DNA from: Candidatus Hydrogenedentota bacterium | Lineage (GTDB): Bacteria; Hydrogenedentota; Hydrogenedentia; Hydrogenedentales; SLHB01 | Assembly (NCBI GenBank): GCA_963668025.2 | Contig: CAXXTH010000010.1 | Coordinates: forward strand, 256,001-320,000 | Reading direction: 5' to 3' | Length of the DNA: 64,000 bases | Part shown: positions 28,891 to 37,552 of the stretch, in pieces | Layout: each line of letters starts with the position of its first letter | How positions within the stretch are numbered: position 1 is the stretch's first letter | Notes under the pieces: model-generated | What the model saw: the letters and a program-made list of their open reading frames with translations, nothing else | Told to the model about the DNA's origin: nothing | Database searches by the model: none | Translations under genes and position numbers: made by a program

Positions 28891-30266
28891 GTCTTTTACA
28901 CGAATGGCTCAACGTTACCGAGCGCTGGCGCGATGCTTTTGCCCAAGAGCGCACCACCGTGCGTGCGGTGCGGCAGGGACTTGGGTCACTGGTCTGTTTG
29001 GGGCGGCGCACAATCACGCGGACCCTTTGGGCCTGTGGTCGCGAGAATCTGCCGTGGCAGGCTGAATACCACATGTACGGCCGCGCCAAGTGGGACCCCC
29101 AGCAGCTCTTCGACCCTATTTGGGAAGGAGCCCTGCCCCAGTGTGAAGACCCGCTTGTAGGCGTCGCCGTCGATGATACCAAGCTGCACAAGACCGGCCG
29201 GTGCATTGTCCAGGCTTTTCATCAGCGCGACCCCCTGTCCCCGCCGTTCCACACCAATCTCATTCTGGGCCTGCGTTTCCTGCAGGCCTCCCTTCTCGTA
29301 CCGCTTCACCAAGGCGGCGCCTTTAGTTGCCGCGCCTTGCCCGTGCGTTTCGAGGAGTCTTCCCCCGCCAAGAAGCCTGGCAAGCGCGCAAGCGAGGAGG
29401 AGTGGATGGCGTACAAGCAGCGCCGTAAAGAGAAGAACCTTTCAACCCATTGCGTGGCGATGATGGACTCCTTGCGCGCATCCCTCGACGCCGTCGGCGC
29501 CAGGGAGAAAACCTTGGTCATGGCCCTCGACGGCAGCTTTTGCAACCAGACCGTCTTCGGCGCTGAACGCGACCGCACCCACCTCATCGCCCGTGCCCGC
29601 AAGGACGCAGTCCTATGCTTTGGCGCTCCAGAGGGTTCGCGGCGTTTCTATGCCCAAGAAAAATTCACCCCCGAGCAAGTACGCCAGGACGATAGCATCC
29701 CCTGGAAGACTACGAAGCTATTCTACGGCGGCAAACGCCGCAAGGTCCGCTACAAGGAAATCAAGACCCTCTACTGGCAAGGCGGCGCGCGCCGTCTTCC
29801 CCTCCGCCTTTTCGCTATCGCTCCCACCCCCTACCGCAAGCGGAAAAGCAGTAAGCTTTATTACCGGCAACCAGCCTACCTTCTTTGTACCGACAGGGTT
29901 CACGCCGCACAGAGGCTGCTCCAGATCTACTTCGACCGCTGGCAGATTGAAGTCAACCATCGCGAGGAAAAGGACACCTTGGGCGTCGGACAAGCTCAGC
30001 TCTGGAACCCCAATGCCGTACCCAAGCAGCCCCCGCTTGCCATCGCCGCCTACAGCGCATTGCTACTGGCCGCCATAAAAACCTTTGGCCCCGAACGAAA
30101 TAGTGCATACGCCCCGCTGCCACGGTGGCGAAAACACGCCACACGCCCATCGTGCCTCGCTCTCATCACTCTATTGAGAAAAGAGATGGACGAACAGCCC
30201 CATTTGCTCCGTCCACTCGGCATAGAAACCTCCAGAGCAACAATGGCAAGCGCCGCGGCTGCTTAA
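28887..30266 (+). CDS. DDE transposase (IS701/IS4-like)
   Basis: VAVDDTKL, ALDGSF, YFDRWQIEVNHREEK (YREK-like motif). Confidence 0.9.
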   Translation: MSLLHEWLNVTERWRDAFAQERTTVRAVRQGLGSLVCLGRRTITRTLWACGRENLPWQAEYHMYGRAKWDPQQLFDPIWEGALPQCEDPLVGVAVDDTKLHKTGRCIVQAFHQRDPLSPPFHTNLILGLRFLQASLLVPLHQGGAFSCRALPVRFEESSPAKKPGKRASEEEWMAYKQRRKEKNLSTHCVAMMDSLRASLDAVGAREKTLVMALDGSFCNQTVFGAERDRTHLIARARKDAVLCFGAPEGSRRFYAQEKFTPEQVRQDDSIPWKTTKLFYGGKRRKVRYKEIKTLYWQGGARRLPLRLFAIAPTPYRKRKSSKLYYRQPAYLLCTDRVHAAQRLLQIYFDRWQIEVNHREEKDTLGVGQAQLWNPNAVPKQPPLAIAAYSALLLAAIKTFGPERNSAYAPLPRWRKHATRPSCLALITLLRKEMDEQPHLLRPLGIETSRATMASAAAA

Positions 30267-30324
30267 TAATGGAGAAACTCCAGGCATGGGCGTCCCGCCC
30301 ATGAACATGGCCGGGACGGCCATG

Positions 30325-30414
30325 CTACGGTTTGCCCGCCGCGATACGCCGGATCTCGGATTTCGTCAACGTGCGGTCGTAGATGCGGATATCGCGGATG
30401 CATATATCCCCTTT
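30325..30414 (-). pseudogene. C-terminal remnant of a LamG-like domain gene
   Basis: Translates KGDICIRDIRIYDRTLTKSEIRRIAAGKP*, resembling the LamG-type 'DxRIYDRALxxxEI' end motif. Confidence 0.45.
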
Positions 30415-30517
30415 GTCTACCAATCAAGGAAACCCGGAATATTGATATCCGAATCCAGTTAAAGGCATGTTAAGGGCAGGCTACCAATGCATAGAACGCT
30501 TTTGGGGTTAGATTCCG

Positions 30518-32371
30518 TTGGCCGGGCTGGTAGGGGTATTCATGTCGCTGGTGGCATTGTTGATAGTCTCGTGGGGATTCGGGACCGTTGCGGCCCGTGC
30601 CGTGGCGGATGCCGCGCCCATCGAGCGCGCCGCATTCGGCATGCTGCTGGGGCTTTGCATCAGCGCCGTCCTCATTATCGCCGCTGGGAGCTGGTCGCTG
30701 GCGGGACTGCACATCGCCATGATGGCGCTGGCCGTTCCGTGCGCGGCCCTGTTAATCCGCGATGCCTTGCGCGGTTCTCGACTGTTTTGCCCCCGCGCCT
30801 GCCTGGCGTGGCCCTTCATCGAGAAAGCCGCTGGCGCGGCGGTGTTGGCGGGGCTGGCGCTGGGCTTCGTGTCGGCCCTCGCGCCTTGTACGGGCTGGGA
30901 CGCCGCCTCGGCCCACATGGCGCTTCCCGCCGAATACCAGCGGCGTGGATTCATACTGGCGTATGCCGGGAACACCTATTCTGGCTATCCGCACTTGCTG
31001 CACAGCCTCTACACATACGCCTATTACGGAAGCGGCGAACAGGGCGTACAGGCGCTCAATTGGCTGCTCTCCGCGCTCACGTGCGCGGTGCTCTATGCAC
31101 TGGGCAACAGGCTGGGCGGACGCCGTTGCGGCTTGTTCACGGCGGCCATGTTCGCCGTGGCGCCTATTTTCCACGATCAAACGGGAACGGCCTCGCTCGA
31201 TGCCGCCACGTCCGGCGTAATCGCCGCCGCGCTGGCCTGTGCGCTGGCGTGGGGCGAAACAGGCCACATGGGCTGGCTGCTGTTGGGCGCATCCTTCGCA
31301 GGGAGCGCCTGCGGCATGCGCCACACCGGCTATTTGGCGGCGGGCCTCATAGCGGCGGGGCTGCCATTGCTCCGCCGTGAACGCGCCTCTCGTGCTATCT
31401 TGATGTTTTCTCTTTTAGCAGCCGCCAGCGCCGCTCCATGGCTCCTGCGCGGAGCATACGCCATCGGCAATCCGCTGTATCCCTTCTTCCAGGGGATTTT
31501 TCCTTCCTCGATATTGCGCAACATCGACGTGACCGCCCTGGGCAGCCATGAATCCTTGCGCGGCTCCACGCTCTGGGACATGCCGGTTTTCCTGTGGGAG
31601 ATTGTCATGCGCCCCGGCGCATTCGACGGCTGGCGCAATTCACCCGGCCCCTTCATTATCGCGTTGGGACTGCCGGGCGTACTCCTAGGCGGACGGCCTG
31701 TCCGCTGGCTGGCTGGATTTGTGCTGCTGGGCGTGACGGCGTTTTTCTTCTTCCAGCATTACGCCCGTTATTTGTTGCCGTTCATGATGCCGCTTTTCGC
31801 GGTGGCGGCCTATGGCGCATGCCGGCTCGATGGTCTGAAACGGCTGGTGAATGTCTTGCTGTTCTTCGGCCTGGCCTATGGCCTATGCGTGGGATTCGCC
31901 ATGGCGCACTTCAAGTTCCCCGTGGCCTTCGGCTTCGAGTCCCGGCAAGCCTATTTGGAGCAACGCGTCGAGCGGTATCCGAGCTTCGAGTGGGTCAATG
32001 AACACCTCGCGGGCAAGGGCGTGATCCTGATGATGGATCCCCGCCAATATTATGTCCACGGCCCAGCATTCGTGAATATCGACGCCCTGCTGCCCTTGCG
32101 CGCGCTGCCCGTCGAAGAACAGGCCCGCCGCCTCGCCCAATGGGGCATCACGCATGTGTATATCCCGTGGTCATATGTCGAAAAATCACCGCGTTTTGGC
32201 GAACTGGGATTCCGCGCCCAATTCTACGAATGGATCCAGCATCCCGAGCTGTTCCAAGAGATCAAGCAGTTCGACCTCGAACGCCGCTCCGGCGTGGGGA
32301 AGGAGCATGTGGCCATTTATGCCCTGCATGCGCCTGAAGATTCCTTGCCATCAGAAGTGCTAGAGCCATAG
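30518..32371 (+). CDS. Polytopic membrane GT-C-like glycosyltransferase
   Basis: Many TM helices; WDAASAHM loop, GNPLYPF, RYLLP; periplasmic C-terminal domain. Confidence 0.75.
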   Translation: MAGLVGVFMSLVALLIVSWGFGTVAARAVADAAPIERAAFGMLLGLCISAVLIIAAGSWSLAGLHIAMMALAVPCAALLIRDALRGSRLFCPRACLAWPFIEKAAGAAVLAGLALGFVSALAPCTGWDAASAHMALPAEYQRRGFILAYAGNTYSGYPHLLHSLYTYAYYGSGEQGVQALNWLLSALTCAVLYALGNRLGGRRCGLFTAAMFAVAPIFHDQTGTASLDAATSGVIAAALACALAWGETGHMGWLLLGASFAGSACGMRHTGYLAAGLIAAGLPLLRRERASRAILMFSLLAAASAAPWLLRGAYAIGNPLYPFFQGIFPSSILRNIDVTALGSHESLRGSTLWDMPVFLWEIVMRPGAFDGWRNSPGPFIIALGLPGVLLGGRPVRWLAGFVLLGVTAFFFFQHYARYLLPFMMPLFAVAAYGACRLDGLKRLVNVLLFFGLAYGLCVGFAMAHFKFPVAFGFESRQAYLEQRVERYPSFEWVNEHLAGKGVILMMDPRQYYVHGPAFVNIDALLPLRALPVEEQARRLAQWGITHVYIPWSYVEKSPRFGELGFRAQFYEWIQHPELFQEIKQFDLERRSGVGKEHVAIYALHAPEDSLPSEVLEP

Positions 32372-32374
32372 CGT

Positions 32375-32480
32375 GGCATGCAACCAAATACCCAGATTTT
32401 TTGACCGCGAATGGACGCGAATGAACGCCAATAAACTTACTCCGTGTTTTAACTCCCGTAGCATGAGCGTCCAGCCCATG
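32375..32480 (+). repeat. Composite dispersed repeat, copy 1 (GCAACCAAA, 10-nt tandem units, REP)
   Basis: gcaaccaaa..tttttgac-cgcgaatgga-cgcgaatgaa-cgccaata..actcccgtagcatgagcgtccagcccatg; aligns with 39071-39212. Confidence 0.8.
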
Positions 32481-32692
32481 TGATGAGCAAGACTCAAGCA
32501 AAACGCATGGTTTCAATGGCATTATTGTTTGCCATTCGGATATAGGAAACGCTGAGATAATTTTATTGTCAGTTATCTAAAGCTTGCGTCTTTGCGGCTT
32601 TGCGGAAAAAGAGCGCTGGATCTATTAATGGCGGAGCGCGCACGCGCTTCACTATAATGCCTTCAACGCCCATTTCTGGAAGGAGAAACCTA

Positions 32693-33529
32693 TTGCCTGG
32701 CACGTTATATGTAGTCGCGACGCCCATCGGCAATCTCGAGGATATCACTCTGCGTGCTGCGCGCGTGCTGCGCGAAGCAGACTTGATCGCCGCCGAGGAT
32801 ACCCGCCATTCCCGCCGCTTGCTCGATCATCTGGGCGTGAACGCGCCCGTGACTAGTTATCATGAGCACAACGAAGAGTCCAAGTCGCTCAAGTTGGTGG
32901 AAGAGCTTGAATCCGGAAAAATCATCGCCTTGATTACCGACGCGGGAACGCCCTGCGTATCCGATCCCGGTTACCGGCTGGTGCGGGCCGCCCGCATGAA
33001 AGGCATTCCTGTTGTGGCCATTCCAGGGCCTTCCGCCGCCATCGCCGCGCTGTCCATCAGCGGGCTGCCGAGCGATTGTTTCACTTTTCATGGCTTTTTC
33101 CCGCGCAAGCGCAGCCGGGCGCTCGATATGCTGGGCGAAGCGGCCCGCGCGGGGGGGACGCATCTTTTCTATGAAGCCCCTAACCGCCTGGCGGACACGC
33201 TGGCGATGCTGGCCGAACACTTACCTGGCTCGGAGGTGGCTGTCGCACGTGAATTGACAAAAATCCATGAAGAAGTCGTATTGGGCGCGCCGTCCAAATT
33301 AGCGGCGCGGTACGCCGCCGCCCCGCCTCGGGGTGAATGCGTGCTGCTGGTCCACCTGAACGCGCATGAAGCGGAGGAGCCCCCGGATGCGGATGAGCTT
33401 AGGCAGGCAGTCGAAGCCCTGATGGCGGAAAAAGGCCTATCCCGCCGCGATGCGGTGCGGCAAATAGCCGAACGCCTTGGCGTGGCCCGCAATACGGTGT
33501 ATGCCGCTGCCATGGGGGAGCGGGAATGA
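32693..33529 (+). CDS. rsmI: 16S rRNA (cytidine1402-2'-O)-methyltransferase
   Basis: LYVVATPIGNLEDIT, AAEDTR, DAGTPCVSDPG, FYEAP, RELTKIHEE; TTG start after AGGAGA. Confidence 0.95.
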   Translation: MPGTLYVVATPIGNLEDITLRAARVLREADLIAAEDTRHSRRLLDHLGVNAPVTSYHEHNEESKSLKLVEELESGKIIALITDAGTPCVSDPGYRLVRAARMKGIPVVAIPGPSAAIAALSISGLPSDCFTFHGFFPRKRSRALDMLGEAARAGGTHLFYEAPNRLADTLAMLAEHLPGSEVAVARELTKIHEEVVLGAPSKLAARYAAAPPRGECVLLVHLNAHEAEEPPDADELRQAVEALMAEKGLSRRDAVRQIAERLGVARNTVYAAAMGERE

Positions 33530-34764
33530 ACATTTCAGAACCGCGCGGCATGTGTATCGCCCGCATCGAGCGCGCGGCCATGATATTGCGGTATGCCGTG
33601 TATGTATCGCTGGCGTTCCTCGTGATTTTTGATTCGGTCCACTGGCATGTGCTCATGCTGGCCGCCGCCACGGCGGTGTTGATTCTGCATAACAGTTTCG
33701 TCCATGCCGCGCTATTGTCGGGGCGGATACATTGGTTTCAGACTCCGTTCAATCTTGCACTGTACAGCGTAGAAGCGGTGTTGAGCGTATGGGCGTCCGG
33801 CCTGTCCGACTTTGTCGCCGTATCCTTTGCGTTTCTCCTGCTCGCTGGGATCTGCGTATACGCATCGGATGCGCGCTCCGTCATCGCGGCGACAATCGCG
33901 TTTGTGTTGTCCCTCATTTTGGTGGAAGTTTTACGTGTCCATAATGGAATGACTGGCAGGCCAGTGCTGGAAATGGCGGCGGGGGCCTTGGGCTGCATGC
34001 TCAGCGGCATTTTGCTGGCCTATTTCCGCGCGTACCTTAATGGCGCGGAAAAAGCTGGGCAGGAGCCCCTCGATTCACTTTCCAATGACGCCCCTGCGCT
34101 TCCCGATGTGCTGAATAGCCTTGAAGACGCCATGCTGGTGTGCGATGAAACGGGAGCCATCCTAGAAGCCAACCAAGCGGCTTGTGAGCTTTTTGGCCTT
34201 GCCTCCGAACGCCTGGCGGGAAGCCACCTACGCACGGTGCTGTTTGATGATGGGACTCTGGAAGACAAGCTAGAGGCCGCGCGCCAAACGGGCCTGGCCG
34301 AGAGCGAAGAGGCGGTTGCGGGCGCGTCGGGCGAAGAGCGGCATGTACACATTCAACTGCGTGCGCTGGCAAGTGGGGGAAAGGCGTTTTATGTGGCCGT
34401 TGCGCATAGTGTGAGCATACAAGAGCCGCCACAGGAGGTGGAAGCTCATAAGGACATCGAGCCATTGGGGCCGCGGCGCAGGCGTGAGTGGAACACGGAT
34501 TTTTTTGTGATAACAGCCCAGCGGATCCGCTCACCCTTATCCGCCATTCTCGGGTATGCTGATCTCTTGCTGGAGGAAGAGCTTGGACCGTTGAACCATG
34601 GCCAGCGCAATGCGCTGCAAACATCCCGGCGAAGCGCCCGCCGCATCGTGCGCATGCTAGACGAAGCGTCGGCCAGCCTGCCGCCCGGACGCATTCCCTC
34701 GGCGGATTCCACGCCCGTCCCAGGTGAAGCGCCGCACCAGCCGGATGCAAGTTCGCTTCATTAA
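33526..34764 (+). CDS. Membrane PAS + degenerate HisKA protein without HATPase domain
   Basis: About 5-6 TM helices; PAS (DETGAILEANQAACELFG); AQRIRSPLSAILGYADLL H-box lacking the His; stop shortly after. Confidence 0.75.
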   Translation: MNISEPRGMCIARIERAAMILRYAVYVSLAFLVIFDSVHWHVLMLAAATAVLILHNSFVHAALLSGRIHWFQTPFNLALYSVEAVLSVWASGLSDFVAVSFAFLLLAGICVYASDARSVIAATIAFVLSLILVEVLRVHNGMTGRPVLEMAAGALGCMLSGILLAYFRAYLNGAEKAGQEPLDSLSNDAPALPDVLNSLEDAMLVCDETGAILEANQAACELFGLASERLAGSHLRTVLFDDGTLEDKLEAARQTGLAESEEAVAGASGEERHVHIQLRALASGGKAFYVAVAHSVSIQEPPQEVEAHKDIEPLGPRRRREWNTDFFVITAQRIRSPLSAILGYADLLLEEELGPLNHGQRNALQTSRRSARRIVRMLDEASASLPPGRIPSADSTPVPGEAPHQPDASSLH

Positions 34765-34972
34765 TGAAGAGAACAGCCTGTCAACCTATATTTGCGCCAT
34801 TACGTTTTGAGTAATGAGACTGGCAAGCAATCAGCCTCCAATGTGCCGCATGGCGGTTCTCCTCCTCTCTTCTCCAGACGCCTCTCTCCCCCAGGGGAGG
34901 CGTCCGCCTTGTCATATGTGTTTTTCGATTACCGCCTTGCCGAACGGTGTTTCATACTAAGAAAAAGGATTT

Positions 34973-35008
34973 GCGGTAGGGATGGCTCGCAAGGGCCATC
35001 CCTACCGC
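34973..35008. repeat. GC-rich hairpin (REP- or terminator-like) next to the ISAs1 insertion site
   Basis: gcggtagggatggc-tcgcaagg-gccatccctaccgc, a 14-bp perfect stem. Confidence 0.65.
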
Positions 35009-35036
35009 GAATGAGGAAAGATCAGGGCTTACGCAT

Positions 35037-36194
35037 CTAAATTCCCAGTAAACGTAGAAGGTATTCGGGGTCGAGTGCAGCAGCGAAGCGCTTGCCCCTG
35101 AGGAAATCTTTGTTGGTCTTGTCTTTCTTGAGGAGGTTGAGTGTAATTCTCCTCAAGGAGGCGAGATTCTGGGCGGCGTTTCTTGTTCGGGCGCGGTTGT
35201 CGTCTTCGCGAAAGATAATGTCTAGGCACCAGTGCAAATTGTTTTCCACGCCCCAGTGTCCACGCACGGCGTGGGCGAATCGTCGTGCGTCGAGGGGCAG
35301 GCTGCTCAAGTAGTAGCGCCGCTCGATGGTGTTCTTCCCTTTTTCCTTGCGGATGGACTCGACCATGCCGAAACTCTTGAGGCCCTTCCAAAGTCCTTTG
35401 TCCTCGAACCAGCCCAAGTCGGTGGATTGCCAGTATCGGCGGGTTTCGATGCGGCCATGCCCCTTGTCGATGGTCTGGTGGAAATCCATCCGTGTGGCGT
35501 CGGCTGTTGGCGCGCACTGGGTGGCGCAAGGGGGAACGGCGTCCTTGAAAAAGGCCTTCACTTCTTCTAGGGCGGTGGCGTGGTTGCCTTTGAGGGCCAG
35601 CACGTAGTCGGCCTGCCGTTGGATAATGTGGGAGGCGATATCCTTCTGGCAGCCCATGGCGTCCAGGGTGACGATGGCTCCCTTGAGCTTTAAGGCGTTG
35701 AGGAGTTTGGGGACGGCGGTGATTTCGTTGGATTTCTCGTCCACCTTGACCTGCCCCAGCGCCAGGCCGTGCTCGCAAGCCCATGCGCTGACGATGTAGG
35801 GGATGGCCTCCCCCTGATTCAAGGCGCGCCGCAGGGCTTTGCCGTCAATGGCGGCGACCTCATCGCTTAGATTGGGGCAAATGCCCTGCACCCATTGGCC
35901 GAAGCATTCCAGAAAGGCATGGGGGTCGAGGGCGGAAAAGACCCGGTTGAAGGTGTCGTGCGAGGGGATGCCGCCGGGCAATTCCAGGAAGCCCTTCAGC
36001 CAATCCTCCCGGAGCCAGCCGAAGCGCTCCATATCCGAAAAGCTCTCTCCGCCCACGAGGGCTGAGCATAGCCCAATCACCAAGATGTCAATGAAGTTGT
36101 GCCTGCGGGTTCGGTCCATGCGGGGATCGGGCAGGCCCGCGAAACACTCGATGATAGGCTTGGGCTTGGGCAGGGATTTCTTTTCAGCGGTCAT
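35037..36194 (-). CDS. ISAs1 family transposase
   Basis: LPDPR, GIPSHDTF, AIDGKALR, KSNEITA, DAMGCQ, ALKGN, HGRIETR, HWGVENNLHW. Confidence 0.96.
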   Translation of the reverse strand: MTAEKKSLPKPKPIIECFAGLPDPRMDRTRRHNFIDILVIGLCSALVGGESFSDMERFGWLREDWLKGFLELPGGIPSHDTFNRVFSALDPHAFLECFGQWVQGICPNLSDEVAAIDGKALRRALNQGEAIPYIVSAWACEHGLALGQVKVDEKSNEITAVPKLLNALKLKGAIVTLDAMGCQKDIASHIIQRQADYVLALKGNHATALEEVKAFFKDAVPPCATQCAPTADATRMDFHQTIDKGHGRIETRRYWQSTDLGWFEDKGLWKGLKSFGMVESIRKEKGKNTIERRYYLSSLPLDARRFAHAVRGHWGVENNLHWCLDIIFREDDNRARTRNAAQNLASLRRITLNLLKKDKTNKDFLRGKRFAAALDPEYLLRLLGI

Positions 36195-36228
36195 GGGGTG
36201 CTCCTTTCATTCATGCGCCGAAGCACTG

Positions 36229-36258
36229 TTGACTCTAGTATATAGAATTCTATATATT
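36229..36258 (+). promoter_or_regulatory. Promoter with overlapping 18-bp perfect palindrome between the divergent IS genes
   Basis: TTGACT at 36229 and TATATT at 36253; palindrome tatatagaattctatata at 36239-36256. Confidence 0.6.
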
Positions 36259-36265
36259 AAAATCC

Positions 36266-36565
36266 ATGAAGCACACCAAAAAGATGCAAGCATTGCTGGA
36301 GCGCATGGCGCAGATTGAGCGGATGGAGCGCGGAAAGCTCTGTCAAATGGGCGGGCGTCCCCACTTTAACCACCAGAGCTGGGAGAACGAGAAGAACGTG
36401 GTTCGCTATGTGCCGGCGCGCGAAACCGAGTTCCTAAAAGAGGCCATCAATGGCTACCAGGCTTTCATGAAGCTGGCTGAACGCTACGTGGACGAAGTCG
36501 TCAAGCAAACCCGCCGTGAGCGCGCAAAGACCTTCCCCCAAGCGAAAAATCCCAGGCCACGTTGA
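36266..36565 (+). CDS. Small IS-internal accessory protein (DUF6788-like)
   Basis: Inside the ISAs1 TIRs; MERGKL..HFNHQSW..KNVVRYVP..AINGYQAF pattern resembles transposase-associated DUF6788 proteins. Confidence 0.65.
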   Translation: MKHTKKMQALLERMAQIERMERGKLCQMGGRPHFNHQSWENEKNVVRYVPARETEFLKEAINGYQAFMKLAERYVDEVVKQTRRERAKTFPQAKNPRPR

Positions 36566-36709
36566 CAGAAAAAATCATGCACAACAGGATAAATCGACTC
36601 TTGAGCACTATTAGATGCGTAAGCCCTGGAGGAAAGATCCGCTTAATGGATTATTTGGCGATATCGAAGGTATAATGCCGCAACGTAAATGCAGGGTAGG
36701 GGGTGCGCC

Positions 36710-37552
36710 ATGTCGCTGCAAGATTCACTTCCCATAGCTTTGCGCACAAAAACATTATCTTCAGCGGACGAAGTCCATACGCAGTGGAACCAGTCCGATG
36801 TCCTCTTATTTCCTGAATTGAGCCAAGGGCCTTATATAGCGGGACTTGCCTGTTCGGAAAGGTGTGTGTGTGACGCCCAGCGATTGCGGTATGAAGTCTT
36901 CAACCTGGAATTGGGTGAGGGATTAAGCATATCGGCGCTAAGCGGGCTTGATGAGGACGAATTCGACAGCCAAATGGAGCATATCGTGCTCATTGAACAG
37001 GCTTCCGGGGCCATCATCGGAACATACCGCGTGCAAACAATCGCCCATGCCATGACTCGGCGCGGATTGTATTCCGCAAGGGAATTCGATGTGTCTGCTC
37101 TGGCGCCCTATGCCCGGCGGGCGGTGGAATGCGGGCGCGCCTGCGTAGCAGAGGCGCACCGCTGCATGCAGGCCATTCACGTGTTGTGGCTGGGAATAGG
37201 CGCATACCTCAATCTACATGCCTGCAGTTATGTTTTTGGGTGTTGTTCGCTCACGACGCGGGATCCGGATGATGGGTGGCGTGCGCTCAAGGGATTGCGC
37301 GGAAACCGCTATGTGCATCCCGAATTGTGGCTGCATGCAACGCCTTCCTGTTCCTGCGGCCATCCCACCCGCGAACAGGACTCGAGCCTTGGCGAGGCCC
37401 TGCGCCTGCCCAAGCTCTTCAAAGCCTATATGCGCATGGGCGCGCTGGTGATCTCGGAACCGGCTATCGACCGGGATTTCGGGACCGTTGACTTCCTTAT
37501 TCTCATGGATGCGCGCAAGGTCAATCTTTCGCGGCTGGGTGTCGTCAAATAA
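36710..37552 (+). CDS. GNAT N-acyltransferase, OlsB-like (ornithine/amino-lipid synthesis)
   Basis: AQRLRYEVFNLELGEG, DEDEFD, GTYR, YSAREF, ECGRACV, FGCCS, PKLFKAYMRMGA, PAIDRDFGTVD. Confidence 0.85.
   Translation: MSLQDSLPIALRTKTLSSADEVHTQWNQSDVLLFPELSQGPYIAGLACSERCVCDAQRLRYEVFNLELGEGLSISALSGLDEDEFDSQMEHIVLIEQASGAIIGTYRVQTIAHAMTRRGLYSAREFDVSALAPYARRAVECGRACVAEAHRCMQAIHVLWLGIGAYLNLHACSYVFGCCSLTTRDPDDGWRALKGLRGNRYVHPELWLHATPSCSCGHPTREQDSSLGEALRLPKLFKAYMRMGALVISEPAIDRDFGTVDFLILMDARKVNLSRLGVVK

Larger units (their letters stand above)
28379..30284 (+). mobile_element. Two-gene IS (IS701/IS4-like DDE) inserted in a REP doublet; 19-bp TSD
   Basis: TIRs cctggagtttct (28379-28390) and agaaactccagg (30273-30284); flanked by the direct repeat catgggcgtcccgcccatg at 28360-28378 and 30285-30303. 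Confidence 0.9.
35023..36628 (-). mobile_element. ISAs1-family element with 18-bp TIRs and 10-bp TSD
   Basis: cagggcttacgcatctaa (35023-35040) and ttagatgcgtaagccctg (36611-36628); TSD gaggaaagat at 35013-35022 and 36629-36638. Confidence 0.95.
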
